A stretch of DNA of 64,000 nt from Podarcis melisellensis (Eukaryota). Shown piece by piece: positions 51,290 through 61,639 of this stretch. The notes below the pieces were generated by a model that did no database searches, was not told the origin of the DNA, and saw only the letters and a list, made by a program, of their open reading frames with translations. The position numbers and the translations under genes are program-made. Position 1 is the first letter of the stretch. The number at the start of each line of letters is the position of its first letter. The stretch is taken from assembly GCA_964234715.1 (NCBI GenBank), contig OZ174277.1. One strand, written 5' to 3'.

Positions 51290-51824
51290 CTGATCACAAG
51301 AGAGAAAACACTTTAACAACCACTTTTCAGGATGCAGGCAGAAATGTTGTCCATTTCCGAAGGCATCGTACAAATATTTCTGATTCTATTTTTTATAACT
51401 CCTAAATTACTCCACATGCAAAATTATTTTAAAATAAATATCCAGTTGCATACTTTCATCTGAGTCTGAAAATGGATCCAACCCAGAGAGCTTCTTCAGG
51501 TGTGTGAGGGTTTGTATTCAACTACAGGGAATTCTTTTCTCTGAATAGCTTTGAGCAGCTGCTGCCCACACACAAATATTACATTACAAATGGCTTGTGA
51601 AAATCTCAACTTGCAAAGAAAATGTGTGTCATATATTATGATGGGCTGTTGATGTCATGGAGTTTCCTGAGCAGTTATCTGGATTTTGGCCATTGTCTGT
51701 CTCTATTCAGGAATGGTCTCACAGTCAAGACTCAAAGGGGTATCAAGGGTAATCTGGCTCTGTCCCCACTACCTATAGTGATAAATTCAGTCAACTACAA
51801 ACCTTACAGCTACTAGGCTGGTTA

Positions 51825-52226
51825 CCGTATTTTTCGTCCCATAGGACGCACCTAGTTTTTTGATTGGGGAATCCAAACCAGGTCGGGGAACAGCAAGATG
51901 GCGGCGCTGCACCTCCCCGCTGTTCCCCCAACTTGTGGGGCTGCCCAATGTCTTCCCGAAGCGCCGGGCGCTCTGCTTCAGCGCTCCCTGCGCTCCCGGA
52001 AGCAGGCTGCTATCCACAGCCTAGGGAGCCCTGCAGGAACTCCCGCGGGCTCCCCAGGCTTGCTGATAGCTTCCTGAAGCCTGGAGAATGAGAGGGGTTG
52101 GTGCGCACTGACCCCTCTCGCTCTCCAAGCTTCAGCGAAAGCCTGCATTCACCCCATAGGACGCACACAGATTTCCCCTTCATTTTTGGAGGGGGAAAAG
52201 TGTGTCCTATAGGGCGAAAAATACGG
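51825..52226. mobile_element. Same Tc2/pogo-like MITE family, 402 bp, CpG-rich
   Basis: TA|CCGTATTTTTCGTCCCATAGGAC...GTCCTATAGGGCGAAAAATACGG|TA. Confidence 0.9.
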
Positions 52227-53037
52227 TACTATGCAAAGAACTGTGCAACAGTCCCTGTGCCCAAAAGAGGCTTCTTTGATCTTATGCTTCTTGAATAGCA
52301 GCCCCATATGCCAGATGGCAACCCACTTTTGGAAGCAAGTAAACTCTAAATAAGCTTGGAATATGTGGGTCTGGTCTTCTGTTCAAAAGGAGGATATGAT
52401 CAAATATCATGACAGGCACACCCAAGCACACAGGTAAGGCAGATTTTTGGAAGCCAGTTATAATGGCTGCAATCATATACTATGGAGGGTACTAACCTCA
52501 CACTTCGATTTAACCATACTGAAATACCTCTATACTTTAGGGAAAGTGTGCCCGTACTTTTATGTTTTTGAATGCATGGCGCAATTCAAATAATCTCAGC
52601 ACAACTGCACTTTTCTCCCAATCCCCCTATGACCAATGTTGTTTTTCTTTTGTTTTTATTCCAACAGCATCTCCACATGGGCAAAGCTCCCGCTAATTAT
52701 AGGCTACTCTGAAGATCTTGCAGGATTACACACTACCTATCTCTCTGTTAGAAATCTTCATTTTTTAAAAAGAAGTGAGACAGTTCTAGTACTCTATCTA
52801 TATACCTATCTATATTGTAATACTGAACAGGCTGTCAAATTTTTAAAACGAGGTTCCACAACTGCATTTTAGTACCATGGTATCAGGGAACAAAGGAATG
52901 CAAAACACATTTTTGTGTTGCTTTATCCTTTTTTTTTTAGAGAGGGATTTTTATGAAATGCACTATATAATGCTTTGAAGTAGCCAAAGAATAACAGAGG
53001 TAAATAAGCAACTCTGTTCTACATTAGCAGGGCTTAC

Positions 53038-53151
53038 CATGCATTGATCAAGCTGTCTCTGAAGGCCTTCAGGATCCCTTTGGATCGCTTGCTCTTTCAT
53101 TAAGAAGTCTTTTACACCATCCAGCCACTTCTGAACCAGTTTTGAATCCGT
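53038..53151 (-). CDS. UTRN: UTRN exon (114 nt, DMD exon 24 equivalent)
   Basis: cag|ACG GAT...TGC ATG|gtaagc; TDSKLVQKWLDGVKDFLMKEQAIQRDPEGLQRQLDQCM. Confidence 0.95.
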
Positions 53152-54085
53152 CTGAACAGAACATAAAAAAGTTAAGAAATGTAATTAACTGTTTTGATCT
53201 ATTTGTCTTCCAGATTGGAAAACCCCAAATACAATAGTAATTCCCACTTGCTTATTTTTTTCCCCATTGTCAGGCTCATGTAAAGATTTGCTAACCAAAA
53301 ACCCAATTATAGACTAACTAATAATCCAAATTCTGGACAAATGGCACCAACACTGGAGGAAGAGAAATAAAAACACACAAAGAAACCTGGCAGATCAGAC
53401 CAAAGGCCCATCTAGTGCAGGATCCATTTCTCATAGTGACCAACCAGATGCCTGTGAAAGTCCACAAGCAGGACCTGAGAGCAACACTGCTCCCCCCAAT
53501 CTGTGATTTCTAGCAACTGGCACTCAGAAGCATACTGACTCGGTTAAGTGGGGGTAAAACATAGCAGCTCACTCAAATCTTCTGTACCAGCATAGAACAT
53601 GGGTTTGAAGGGCTTGAGGCATTTTGAAAACAGAGCAAGCAGCAACTGGCTTGTGAAATAAAAGCATAATTTCATACTGTCTGCAAAATCTGAGTTGTAA
53701 ACATAGCTCCTTCTGACATGAACACAGACTTTGCTTGCAGAAGCACAAAACTGGTAGATTGCCTCCTCCCCCTTCTGTCAGCAGGATCCTTCGCTGAATC
53801 AAAAACCTTCCATTGACAGAAGGAGCCCTTTTGTTCACAGGAGGTGAAATTAGGATCCAACCCAATAATTACATTTCACCACAACTGCTAACAGCAGCAA
53901 TAATGCACTATTAATGGAATGGTGCTTAGAGAACTACAACAAAAAAGAGAACTCACTGCCCCAAGAGCCTAACACTTCATACAAAAGATGAGCTTTGAAA
54001 TTTCAGTGATATGAAAGAGGCATGGTGTCATGGTATTCTAATAAGGAGTTCCAGAGAAGGGAGACATGACAAAGTAATTTTAGTG

Positions 54086-54428
54086 CAGGGTGGTTGAACA
54101 CACAGCCCAAGAGCTGCATGTGGCCCTTGAGGCCCCTTTTTGGTGGCCCTCAGCAACATTTCATGTCTCCTCTGCAGCCCTTGCACTGCCTTTCCAATGT
54201 CGGCACTGGGCTTTGAGAAAGAGGTGTGAGGACAGGGTTCTAGAGTCCTCCTGCCTCCTTCCCAAAACCTAGTTAGCATTTTCCCAGCTTTGGGAAGGAG
54301 GTGGGAGAACTCCAGGACTCTGACAGAACGTTGTGCCTCCTTCCCAAAGCCAGGTACCTCACCTATCCAGCTTTGGGAGGACAGCACCAGGTTTGGGGCC
54401 CGTCAAATTTTGACCTTGCCTTCCCCCT
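54086..54428. mobile_element. Decayed hAT-like element; related fragment at ~44790-44990
   Basis: CAGGGTGGTTGAAC...GTGGCCC start; repeated CCCAAAGCCAGG / AGCTTTGGGAAGG modules shared with 44790-44990. Confidence 0.5.
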
Positions 54429-54599
54429 TCTACAAGACAAGACACTGAGGAGCCCAAGGGTTCAATGTCAAATTACTCTTGCGGCCCACTTGGTATGGAA
54501 ATACAAGTGGGCACAAAAGGAAGCAGAGAGGTTGGTACCAAAGAAAATAGAGACAGCAGGGACTCTGACCAGAATATAGACATTTGGATAGGTGAATGG

Positions 54600-54990
54600 A
54601 TATATAAGAAAAGGAGGGATAGGTTCAATATGTCTGAGACCAAACATGAGTTTAATGAAGAACTCAAGGAGAAATGCATATGCACAAATGGGGATACAGG
54701 ACTGGATAAAGGTGGAAGCTCTAAGGTAGAGAGCTGGGCAGCATCATATAGGAAATGCTGAAATCCATGTGATTTGAGGTGACCACAGAAACCAAGAATG
54801 CAGGGAAACAGAAGACCAGGGGACTCCAAACATCCCTGAGGGTCTACAAGGGAGAAAGTTAAGAGAGAGCAAATCCCTGAAAGAGTAGGAAAAGAAACAG
54901 TTGATAGCAGGTACAGGTTTAGGTTGTGAAGGGAATAAAGTAGAGAAGAGGATAGTTAATTGTATCAAAAGGCAACAAAGAAGTCAAGAA
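54600..54990 (-). mobile_element. Old L2 RT fragment
   Basis: Minus strand reads GCCTTTTGATACAATTAACTATCC (AFDTxxxxLL-like across a frameshift), then SFRDL. Confidence 0.5.
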
Positions 54991-56429
54991 GGATGTGAAC
55001 AGGCTAGAGAGCCTTGAATTCAGCAGAGCTGGGTTGGGAATTAAATTCTGTTCTATTTTAGATCAACTATATGATCAGCCTCAGTGGTTTTAGAAATATC
55101 TCTACCAGAATTCAGTTATGCTTCTCATTTTTATTCTTTGCTGATTGTGCATATATATTGCCATCTTAAAGGATACTTGTTCTAGGTATTCATCAAAGTA
55201 CCTATTGTGCTCTGCATCTTGATACAGAGGGATAATTTATGTCCAGATTCTTGGCATTTTTTGTTCTACCTCCAGCTTCTGGCATTTTTTCAGCTGACTT
55301 GATTTGCTTGTGAAGAAAAGTTTCCAAAACAGGGAGCACACACAGTAGTTCCAAGGGTATTCACTACAGGCCAATAGAGATACACTCTAGCCTGTAGAAC
55401 TGAGCAGTAAATATTCTTCAGCCAAATTACTATTTATATATTGCCTAACATTGACAAGGCATTTTATGTACCTAAAGCAGACATCTTATGGCCAAGGATT
55501 TCTCATGATCCCTTTGATCATTTTCCCTCCTGACTTCTAGCTGCCACATCTCCACTGTCATTATCCCTCCTCTCCACTATAGTGAACCCAACCTTCTCCT
55601 TTAGCTCCAACAGAGTCGCTATGTCCCCCTGTCCCCCAACCTCCAAAAATGATTTCTTGCCCCATCTGCACCTATAAATACCATCAGATATCTATGGAGC
55701 AACTTGCCTTTAGTCTCCCAAAACAATGGTGGTGCTGATGCTGGGTTCCCCTGCCCACAGTGGGTCACTCTGACAGGCCAGTCACTGTTCAAATCATTTG
55801 ATGTCATTATGATGTCAGATGACACACAACTTTAATTCAAATAGTGCTACAAAGGAAAATTCAAGCCCACCAAGTAAGCTTTGAAGTCAGCACCACTCAG
55901 CTGATTGGTGCTGACATCAAGCTCTCTTTTTGGTAGTCATCATTTGCACCAGTGATTCTTGATGAGGTTTTAGTGGACCTGAATTCTGAGTCTATCAGTT
56001 GATCTGTGCAGACTTTGAGCCCTACTTTTGGCAGGGGTCATCTGTGTGAGGAAGCCCTATTGAGAACTCCCTAGTGCAGCAAATTCCAGCAGGCTTGAAG
56101 TAGCATCTGTTAGAACATCAAGCTCTGATTTCAGCAGGGGTTGGCTGTGCAAGAGAGTTTTCAATGTATAGCTCTGCTCCAATGTCATCCCAGTGGGCTC
56201 GGCTGGCTGGCAGTCAACCTCCCTTGACAAGGAACAATCAAGAGTATGCTGGCAGGCACATCTCTGTCTGCCCCACACTTGATATAACATGAGGAGTGGA
56301 AGAGGCGGGCATGATTTTGAGGAAGCGGCCTTGCAGACCAAACTGGGATCTGTTCCAGGCCTAATCAGGCCTGTGTGCCAGAGGTTCTCCATGTCCATCA
56401 TAAAACATGCCACTTCCTTTTGCTGTCCT

Positions 56430-56722
56430 GACATTCCTCAATTTTTGCTTCTGGAGCCATGCAATTTGACTTCCATCTCCCTCACCAAAACCACTATTTT
56501 CTCATTACAAAACCTACAGGTACTGATTTCATTCCTTCCCCCCAAACCTTTTACTTTGTTTAATACATTAGATCCTTCTTTTGATACTCATCTGTTTGTA
56601 TACTTTCCATATCCACTGACATCACCAACATCCACCCAGCTGACCAGGCACAAAGCTTTGGCTTTATCTGATTCCTCCCTGCCCATTGCTTTGCACATTC
56701 AGTCTGTTGCCAAGCATTGCTC
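56430..56722 (+). mobile_element. Old L2 RT fragment
   Basis: IHPADQAQSFGFI.DSSL...HIQSVAKHC across frameshifts. Confidence 0.55.
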
Positions 56723-57278
56723 TAATGAGTGAACAATGTGAAAATGCAGCCCTTCCTTTCTGGTCCATTTGTTCTTTCATTACAACAATGTGAAAATATA
56801 GCCCTTGCTCTCTGGCTCATGCTCAAATCTAGCCCACTATTCACCTCTCTTGTTAATCTGACCATGTGGCACATCCGTCCCTCAGAAGACAGATTATGCT
56901 CATAAATATTCCGAAGAAAACAAACCAGAATAAGGTAACAAGTCAAGGTCCATTTTTGGCAATTAACTTATAGTTAGAAACAAAAATTCTACAATTTAGC
57001 ATTAACGTTAACTTTAGCATGAGTCAAGGCAGGTATTTCTTTTCCTGTTCTAAAGCCGCTAACAACTTGTGGTTTAGTTCAGAATATTGTGGCCTCAGAC
57101 AACATTTCCCATAATCAAAAGGCATAAACCCTGTGATCCCAACCCCCTTCAAAGGGGAACTTCCATAAGGGTTTGTATTCATTCATTTTCTCCTAGATTT
57201 ACTTTGATGTCCTAATTTGATGGTATTCTGTCCTGTTAGCAGGATGACTGACCCACACAATCGTGGTCATATATTTAC

Positions 57279-57491
57279 CTCAAATATTCTCAGTTTGGAA
57301 ATAATTTCTTCCAGCAGGTGAACGTCTTTAGAAACCTTCATATTTAACTTGTCCCTGTATCCCTGCAAACACTTGAATTCTTGCTTGTAGAGCTTTGATT
57401 TTTCAGAAGAAATATGCTTCTCTAAGACCTGTGTGTCTGCAGCAAGTTTATCAACCACACTTTTCTGATTTTCCAGAGTTTCACAGATCAT
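57279..57491 (-). CDS. UTRN: UTRN exon (213 nt, DMD exon 23 equivalent)
   Basis: cag|ATG ATC...TTT GAG|gtaaat; MICETLENQK...KLYKQEF...VSKDVHLLEEIISKLRIFE. Confidence 0.95.
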
Positions 57492-57634
57492 CTGCAGGGA
57501 AAGGATTAAACAGAAATACATTTCACTTTTGCACATGGCAGCAATTCCATGTTCTGTGTAAAATATATCATCTTTAACTATACATATTACAACACGACAA
57601 AGAAAATATAGCAATAGATGTGGCCTTTGTGTCA

Positions 57635-57676
57635 CCCAACAATATTTTCTCATGCCCAACAATATTTTCTCATGCC
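57635..57676. repeat. 20-bp tandem duplication
   Basis: CCCAACAATATTTTCTCATG x2. Confidence 0.9.
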
Positions 57677-58098
57677 AAAATGGGTTTTGTGTCAATATAA
57701 TTCCCAGAGCCACAAGGATTTTTTTTCATGTGAATTCATTCAAAAGTCCTGATGTTTCTGTTGACAGGACAACAGGACATAAAATGAGGCTCCTAGGACC
57801 TCCAGCTTGCATGTCCAGCTGCTTCTATTACAACTCACAGGATAGTTGTTCTAGAGAAAAGTGAGGCAAAAGGTTTTCTGAGACAAATCTATTTATGGGT
57901 GGTGAATCCGTTAACTGCTGACCTGATCAAGTGATTTTCTATGCCCCACCCCCAACCAAAAAACATAGCAGCAGTGGGGAAGAAATCCATAAACAGCTCT
58001 GAAATTGCACAATTTTGTACTGGAGAAAGGAAGTACAGAAAAAAGAAACAAGCAGGCCGCAGTTCCCCACTTCTGCCTCTTACCAGCTGGCAAAGCAT

Positions 58099-58476
58099 TG
58101 TTAATGTTCAGAACTTAACTGGTTAAAGTTGTTCTGAGTAGTGCGTCACATTCTGACGTCAGTTTTCGAAGCTGGGAGGAGCTAGCACTTTTCTCTGTGT
58201 CTTTGAGGGAAAAGGACGTGTCTTTGCTATGGCTGAAAGAAGCCCAGGATTGTTTTGATGAATTGCAGCAATAAATAAAAGTTTAATGGACACAAGTGCT
58301 TTCTGAGTTTATCTGAAGCTAGGCGACAGTTTTTGCCGCTGTGTTTACTCTGCAAGGCGTGTCTGGACGGAGCAGAAGTGCCGCAGCTTGTGAGGAAGCG
58401 TACCGGACCGTTGTAAATGGCTAATTGGCGATCGTAAAGCAATTAGCAGGTCACGTCTCAATCAATAATACTGACA
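58099..58476 (+). repeat. 5' LTR (378 bp)
   Basis: TG...CA termini, AATAAA, immediately followed by the PBS; 6 substitutions against the 3' LTR by manual alignment. Confidence 0.93.
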
Positions 58477-58485
58477 GGTTATGGG
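58477..58485 (+). other. Primer-binding site, half-tRNA-iMet type
   Basis: GGTTATGGG abuts the 5' LTR and is complementary to the anticodon arm of initiator tRNA-Met, as in Drosophila copia. Confidence 0.8.
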
Positions 58486-58699
58486 TGACGTCATAAATCG
58501 CTCGTAAAGCTGTCGCTGGAGCTGCCGGAATGCTTTGAAGTCTGCGTTCTGAGGCAGAGAAGCTGGCCGGAGGCAAGAGAGTTGCTGGGAGCTGGGAGCT
58601 GAGCTGAGAGCAGCTGGAAAATTGTTTCTCCACGGACGGGTGAGCTGGAAAAGCTGATACGTGAGTAAGCTTGGGGCACCCTTGGGAGAACGGAAGAGA

Positions 58700-59707
58700 A
58701 TGGCAGCCAGCCAGGTCCTTGAGGACATCCCCTTGGAAAAGCTAACTTTAACAAGTTGGCCAACCTGGTCAAGAAGAGTAAGGGGTTGGTTTCTGGTCAC
58801 AGGGCTTTGGGAAGTAAGCCAGAGGGAGCCAGTAACCCCTACGCAAGACGTTGCAGGCTTTGAGGCTGCGTTGGCTGAAGATAGCCAGCAGAGAATGCAA
58901 AGAGAGCTTGATATGCTGAAGGCATGCGTACATGCATCGCTGAAACCCCATCTGGAGGGCGTAAAGTCAGCAAGGGCTGCCTGGGAGGTGCTGAGAAGTT
59001 TGTGTGAAACTTCAGCAGGAGGCCAGAGCCCTGGAGAAGCTGGTGAAGCAGCTCTGTTTCCCGATGAATCAGCCTCAAGGAGCGCTGTTGAGCAGGTTGG
59101 GGGGGCGAAGAATTCCAAAGGCAAGTTTAAAGAGTTTTCCTCTGAGAGTTCTGGAGTGGACGGCCGTTTCAGAGGGGGCGGGGCTGGCATGAGGCGCTTT
59201 TCCAGAAGAAGGAGGGCCAGGCCAGCAGAAAGGAGCCCCGGGCAGTGTTTTTCCACTGGAGCTGAACATCTGCGTCGCAATTGCCCCCACCGGAGCAGAG
59301 AGCCGAAGCAGGATGTTGCCAAGGTCACTTCCCATGGGAACCAGCCGGGTTTCCATGGCAACCAGCCTGGAAAGGCAGGCAGGCGTAGAGCTGAACGTGG
59401 CAAACAAGAGAAGGCTTATCAACTGACTGCCAGTATGGCTTTGTTTGAGAACAGCTGTGTGAGAAACTCAGAGCTTTGCTTTGTGATTGACTCAGCAGCT
59501 AATCGCAACATGGTTCCAGAGACCCCTGCAGTTAAGATGTGGAATTGCAAAGCAGTTCCAGCTGGACAAACTGTTTTATTTGCAAATGGACAAAAAGGAA
59601 ATGTATCTAACTTTGCTACAATATTCCTTTCTGTTTTGCAGGAGGAGGTCGAAGTGTGCACCATCCCAGAGATCCTCACTGTCTTTTGTCTGTGCCTTAT
59701 TTGTTAA
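58700..59707 (+). CDS. copia Gag plus N-terminal protease (degenerate; frame lost near 59675)
   Basis: ATG at 58700; copia Gag N-terminus (LEKLTLTSWPTW...GLWEV...SARAAWEVL); degenerate zinc knuckle CFSTGAEHLRRNC; protease motif FVIDSAANRNM and VLFANG. Confidence 0.85.
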   Translation: MAASQVLEDIPLEKLTLTSWPTWSRRVRGWFLVTGLWEVSQREPVTPTQDVAGFEAALAEDSQQRMQRELDMLKACVHASLKPHLEGVKSARAAWEVLRSLCETSAGGQSPGEAGEAALFPDESASRSAVEQVGGAKNSKGKFKEFSSESSGVDGRFRGGGAGMRRFSRRRRARPAERSPGQCFSTGAEHLRRNCPHRSREPKQDVAKVTSHGNQPGFHGNQPGKAGRRRAERGKQEKAYQLTASMALFENSCVRNSELCFVIDSAANRNMVPETPAVKMWNCKAVPAGQTVLFANGQKGNVSNFATIFLSVLQEEVEVCTIPEILTVFCLCLIC

Positions 59708-61299
59708 AAAAGGGGTTTAAGGTTTGTTTTGAAAATGCTGTCTGCACAATCTCCAAAGGAGAGAGGATACTTGCCAAGATTAAGAAGGGGCAGAATGATC
59801 TTTTCATTCTTAAAACGTCTCTTGGGGGTGAGGGGAAGGTTGAGAAAGCACAAGCCCTGCGTGCTACAATTCCCGCTCATGTTACATGTGCTTGTGTATG
59901 GCACCAGAGGACAATTCATGGTTCTCTAGAAGAACTGCAGGTACTACCTGAGGTTGCCAAAGGGTGTAAGATTAAAGATTGTGGAAGTGCCATAAATTGT
60001 GACACTTGCAGACAGGCAAAGATAAGAGGGTGCAGTTACCCAAAGGTGGAGAGGGTAACCACTAAACCTTTTGATCTTGTCCACATAGATCTGTTCGGTC
60101 CCATAGGTGAACCTAGTCTGGGAGGGGCCAAGTTTCTGCTAACGATACAGGACAGTTTTTCGCAGAACACCTGGACTCACGGTCTCAAATCCAGGGAGGA
60201 CGCAGCACAGCTGATTAAAAGCTGGATTGAAGCGGTGGAACTAAGGTTCTCCACCAGAGTGCAAGCGGTCACCAGTGACAGACACGCTACGTTTACTGGT
60301 TCTGCTTTGCAGAGGTTCTTTCACAAGAAAGGGATACATCACACAGTTACTTCTCCCCAGCAGAGGGGGGTGGCAGAGCTTAGGAGTGAAGCTCTGGTTA
60401 AGGCTGCACAGGTGATGCTGACAGATGCTGGATTACCTCCAAAGTTTTGGTTGGAGGCGGTCAGTTATGTGTGGAATCGTACCTACAATTCACTGGTAGG
60501 TGACACACCTTACTTCATGTTGCATGGCAGGAAACCCCAGATTCACTTTCTGCGCACGTTTGGATCACCTGCATCTGTGCCGGTGCCTGAGGCTTTGCCA
60601 GGGCCAGATGGATCCAAGTTCCAGAAAATGATCTTCTGTGGGTATGAGCCAGCAGCTTGCGCATGGAGATTTGCATACCCATCAGGTGATCAGAATAAAC
60701 TGCTAATCAGTAAACACGCTGAGTTCTTTGAGCAGGATGAAAGGCCAAAGATTCCTGCACAGCGTGATGTTCTTTCAGAATGTCTTTCTGATGCAGAACA
60801 GGAAGGTTCAGATGAGGAGGAAGGAGAGGCTGAGTCTGCTGACGACGACCAGGTCACTGACCAGGGTCAAGAGCAGGATGGGGCATCTCCACAAGTTGTT
60901 AAAAGAGAGCCCAAGAGTGAGCCTAGTTCCCCTGTGAGTGTAATGGAGAGGATTCGAAGACGCTTTAAGTCAGAGGGGGAATCCCATGATGCAGAGGACA
61001 CACCTGCTGACCACAGTGAGTCAGAGGAAACCCCTGAGTTTGTGCCCAGGCGATCTAGTCGCACAACGAAGGGTATTCCACCTGAGAGGTACCAGGCCAC
61101 AGGTGCGTGGGTAAGTTTCGCACAGTGCGATTCTGAGAGTTGTGAGGTTGTTCCACAGTTGTCTAACAGGAACGCCGGGAGAGGGCGCAAGGCATTGGGG
61201 AAGGGATTGATCTCACAGAGTTTTGCTGAGGATGTTCCACAGGTCTTGTCAAAACGCGACGCAAGAGGGGGTGTTAATGTTCAGAACTTAACTGGTTAA
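59656..61299 (+). CDS. copia Pol remnant: protease C-terminal half, HHCC pre-integrase, rve integrase, SH3-like domain and linker; reads into the 3' LTR
   Basis: LLSVPYL..KGFKVCF; WHQRTIH...CDTC; PFDLVHIDLFGP; TSD; GVAE; GLPPKFWLEAV; LRTFGS; IFCGY; RRSSRTTKGIPPERY; no YVDD or RNase H motif. Confidence 0.92.
   Translation: MHHPRDPHCLLSVPYLLKKGFKVCFENAVCTISKGERILAKIKKGQNDLFILKTSLGGEGKVEKAQALRATIPAHVTCACVWHQRTIHGSLEELQVLPEVAKGCKIKDCGSAINCDTCRQAKIRGCSYPKVERVTTKPFDLVHIDLFGPIGEPSLGGAKFLLTIQDSFSQNTWTHGLKSREDAAQLIKSWIEAVELRFSTRVQAVTSDRHATFTGSALQRFFHKKGIHHTVTSPQQRGVAELRSEALVKAAQVMLTDAGLPPKFWLEAVSYVWNRTYNSLVGDTPYFMLHGRKPQIHFLRTFGSPASVPVPEALPGPDGSKFQKMIFCGYEPAACAWRFAYPSGDQNKLLISKHAEFFEQDERPKIPAQRDVLSECLSDAEQEGSDEEEGEAESADDDQVTDQGQEQDGASPQVVKREPKSEPSSPVSVMERIRRRFKSEGESHDAEDTPADHSESEETPEFVPRRSSRTTKGIPPERYQATGAWVSFAQCDSESCEVVPQLSNRNAGRGRKALGKGLISQSFAEDVPQVLSKRDARGGVNVQNLTG
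61263..61271 (+). other. Polypurine tract
   Basis: AAGAGGGGG directly before the 3' LTR TG. Confidence 0.85.
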
Positions 61300-61639
61300 A
61301 GTTGTTCTGAGTAGTGCGTCACATTCTGATGTCAGTTTTCGAAGCTGGGAGGAGCTAGCACTTTTCTCTGTGTCTTTGAGGGGAAAGGACGTGTCTTTGC
61401 TATGGCTGAAAGAAGCCCAGGATTGTTTTGATGAATTGCAGCAATAAATAACTGTTTAATGGACACAAGTGCTTTCTGAGTTTATCTGAAGCTAGGCGAC
61501 AGTTTTTGCCGTTGTGTTTACTCTGCAAGGCGTGACTGGACGGAGCAGAAGTGCCGCAGCTTGTGAGGAAGCGTACCGGACCGTTGTAAATGGCTAATTG
61601 GCGATCGTAAAGCAATTAGCAGGTCACGTCTCAATCAAA
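61272..61639 (+). repeat. 3' LTR (368 bp, terminal 10-12 nt missing)
   Basis: Follows the PPT; ~98% identical to the 5' LTR but lacks the ...TAATACTGAC end. Confidence 0.93.

Larger units (their letters stand above)
58099..61639 (+). mobile_element. Ty1/copia LTR retrotransposon, non-autonomous (gag-PR-IN, no RT/RNase H), antisense in a UTRN intron
   Basis: Paired LTRs starting TGTTAATG; PBS GGTTATGGG; PPT AAGAGGGGG; flanking AGCAT duplication (58094-58098 / 61640-61644); PR followed directly by IN, the copia domain order. Confidence 0.96.

Noticed and set aside
58227-58442. Duplicated 71-aa minus-strand ORF (also 61400-61615)
   Set aside because: Simply the two LTR copies, with no coding evidence
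58462-59403. 313-codon antisense ORF over gag
   Set aside because: TTG start, no recognisable domain, and explainable as a shadow of GC-rich, Tyr-poor gag codons. Worth revisiting only if conserved across copies.
59656-59707. Programmed gag-pol ribosomal frameshift
   Set aside because: The shift falls mid-protease, with no slippery heptamer at the homology switch point. One missing C explains it.
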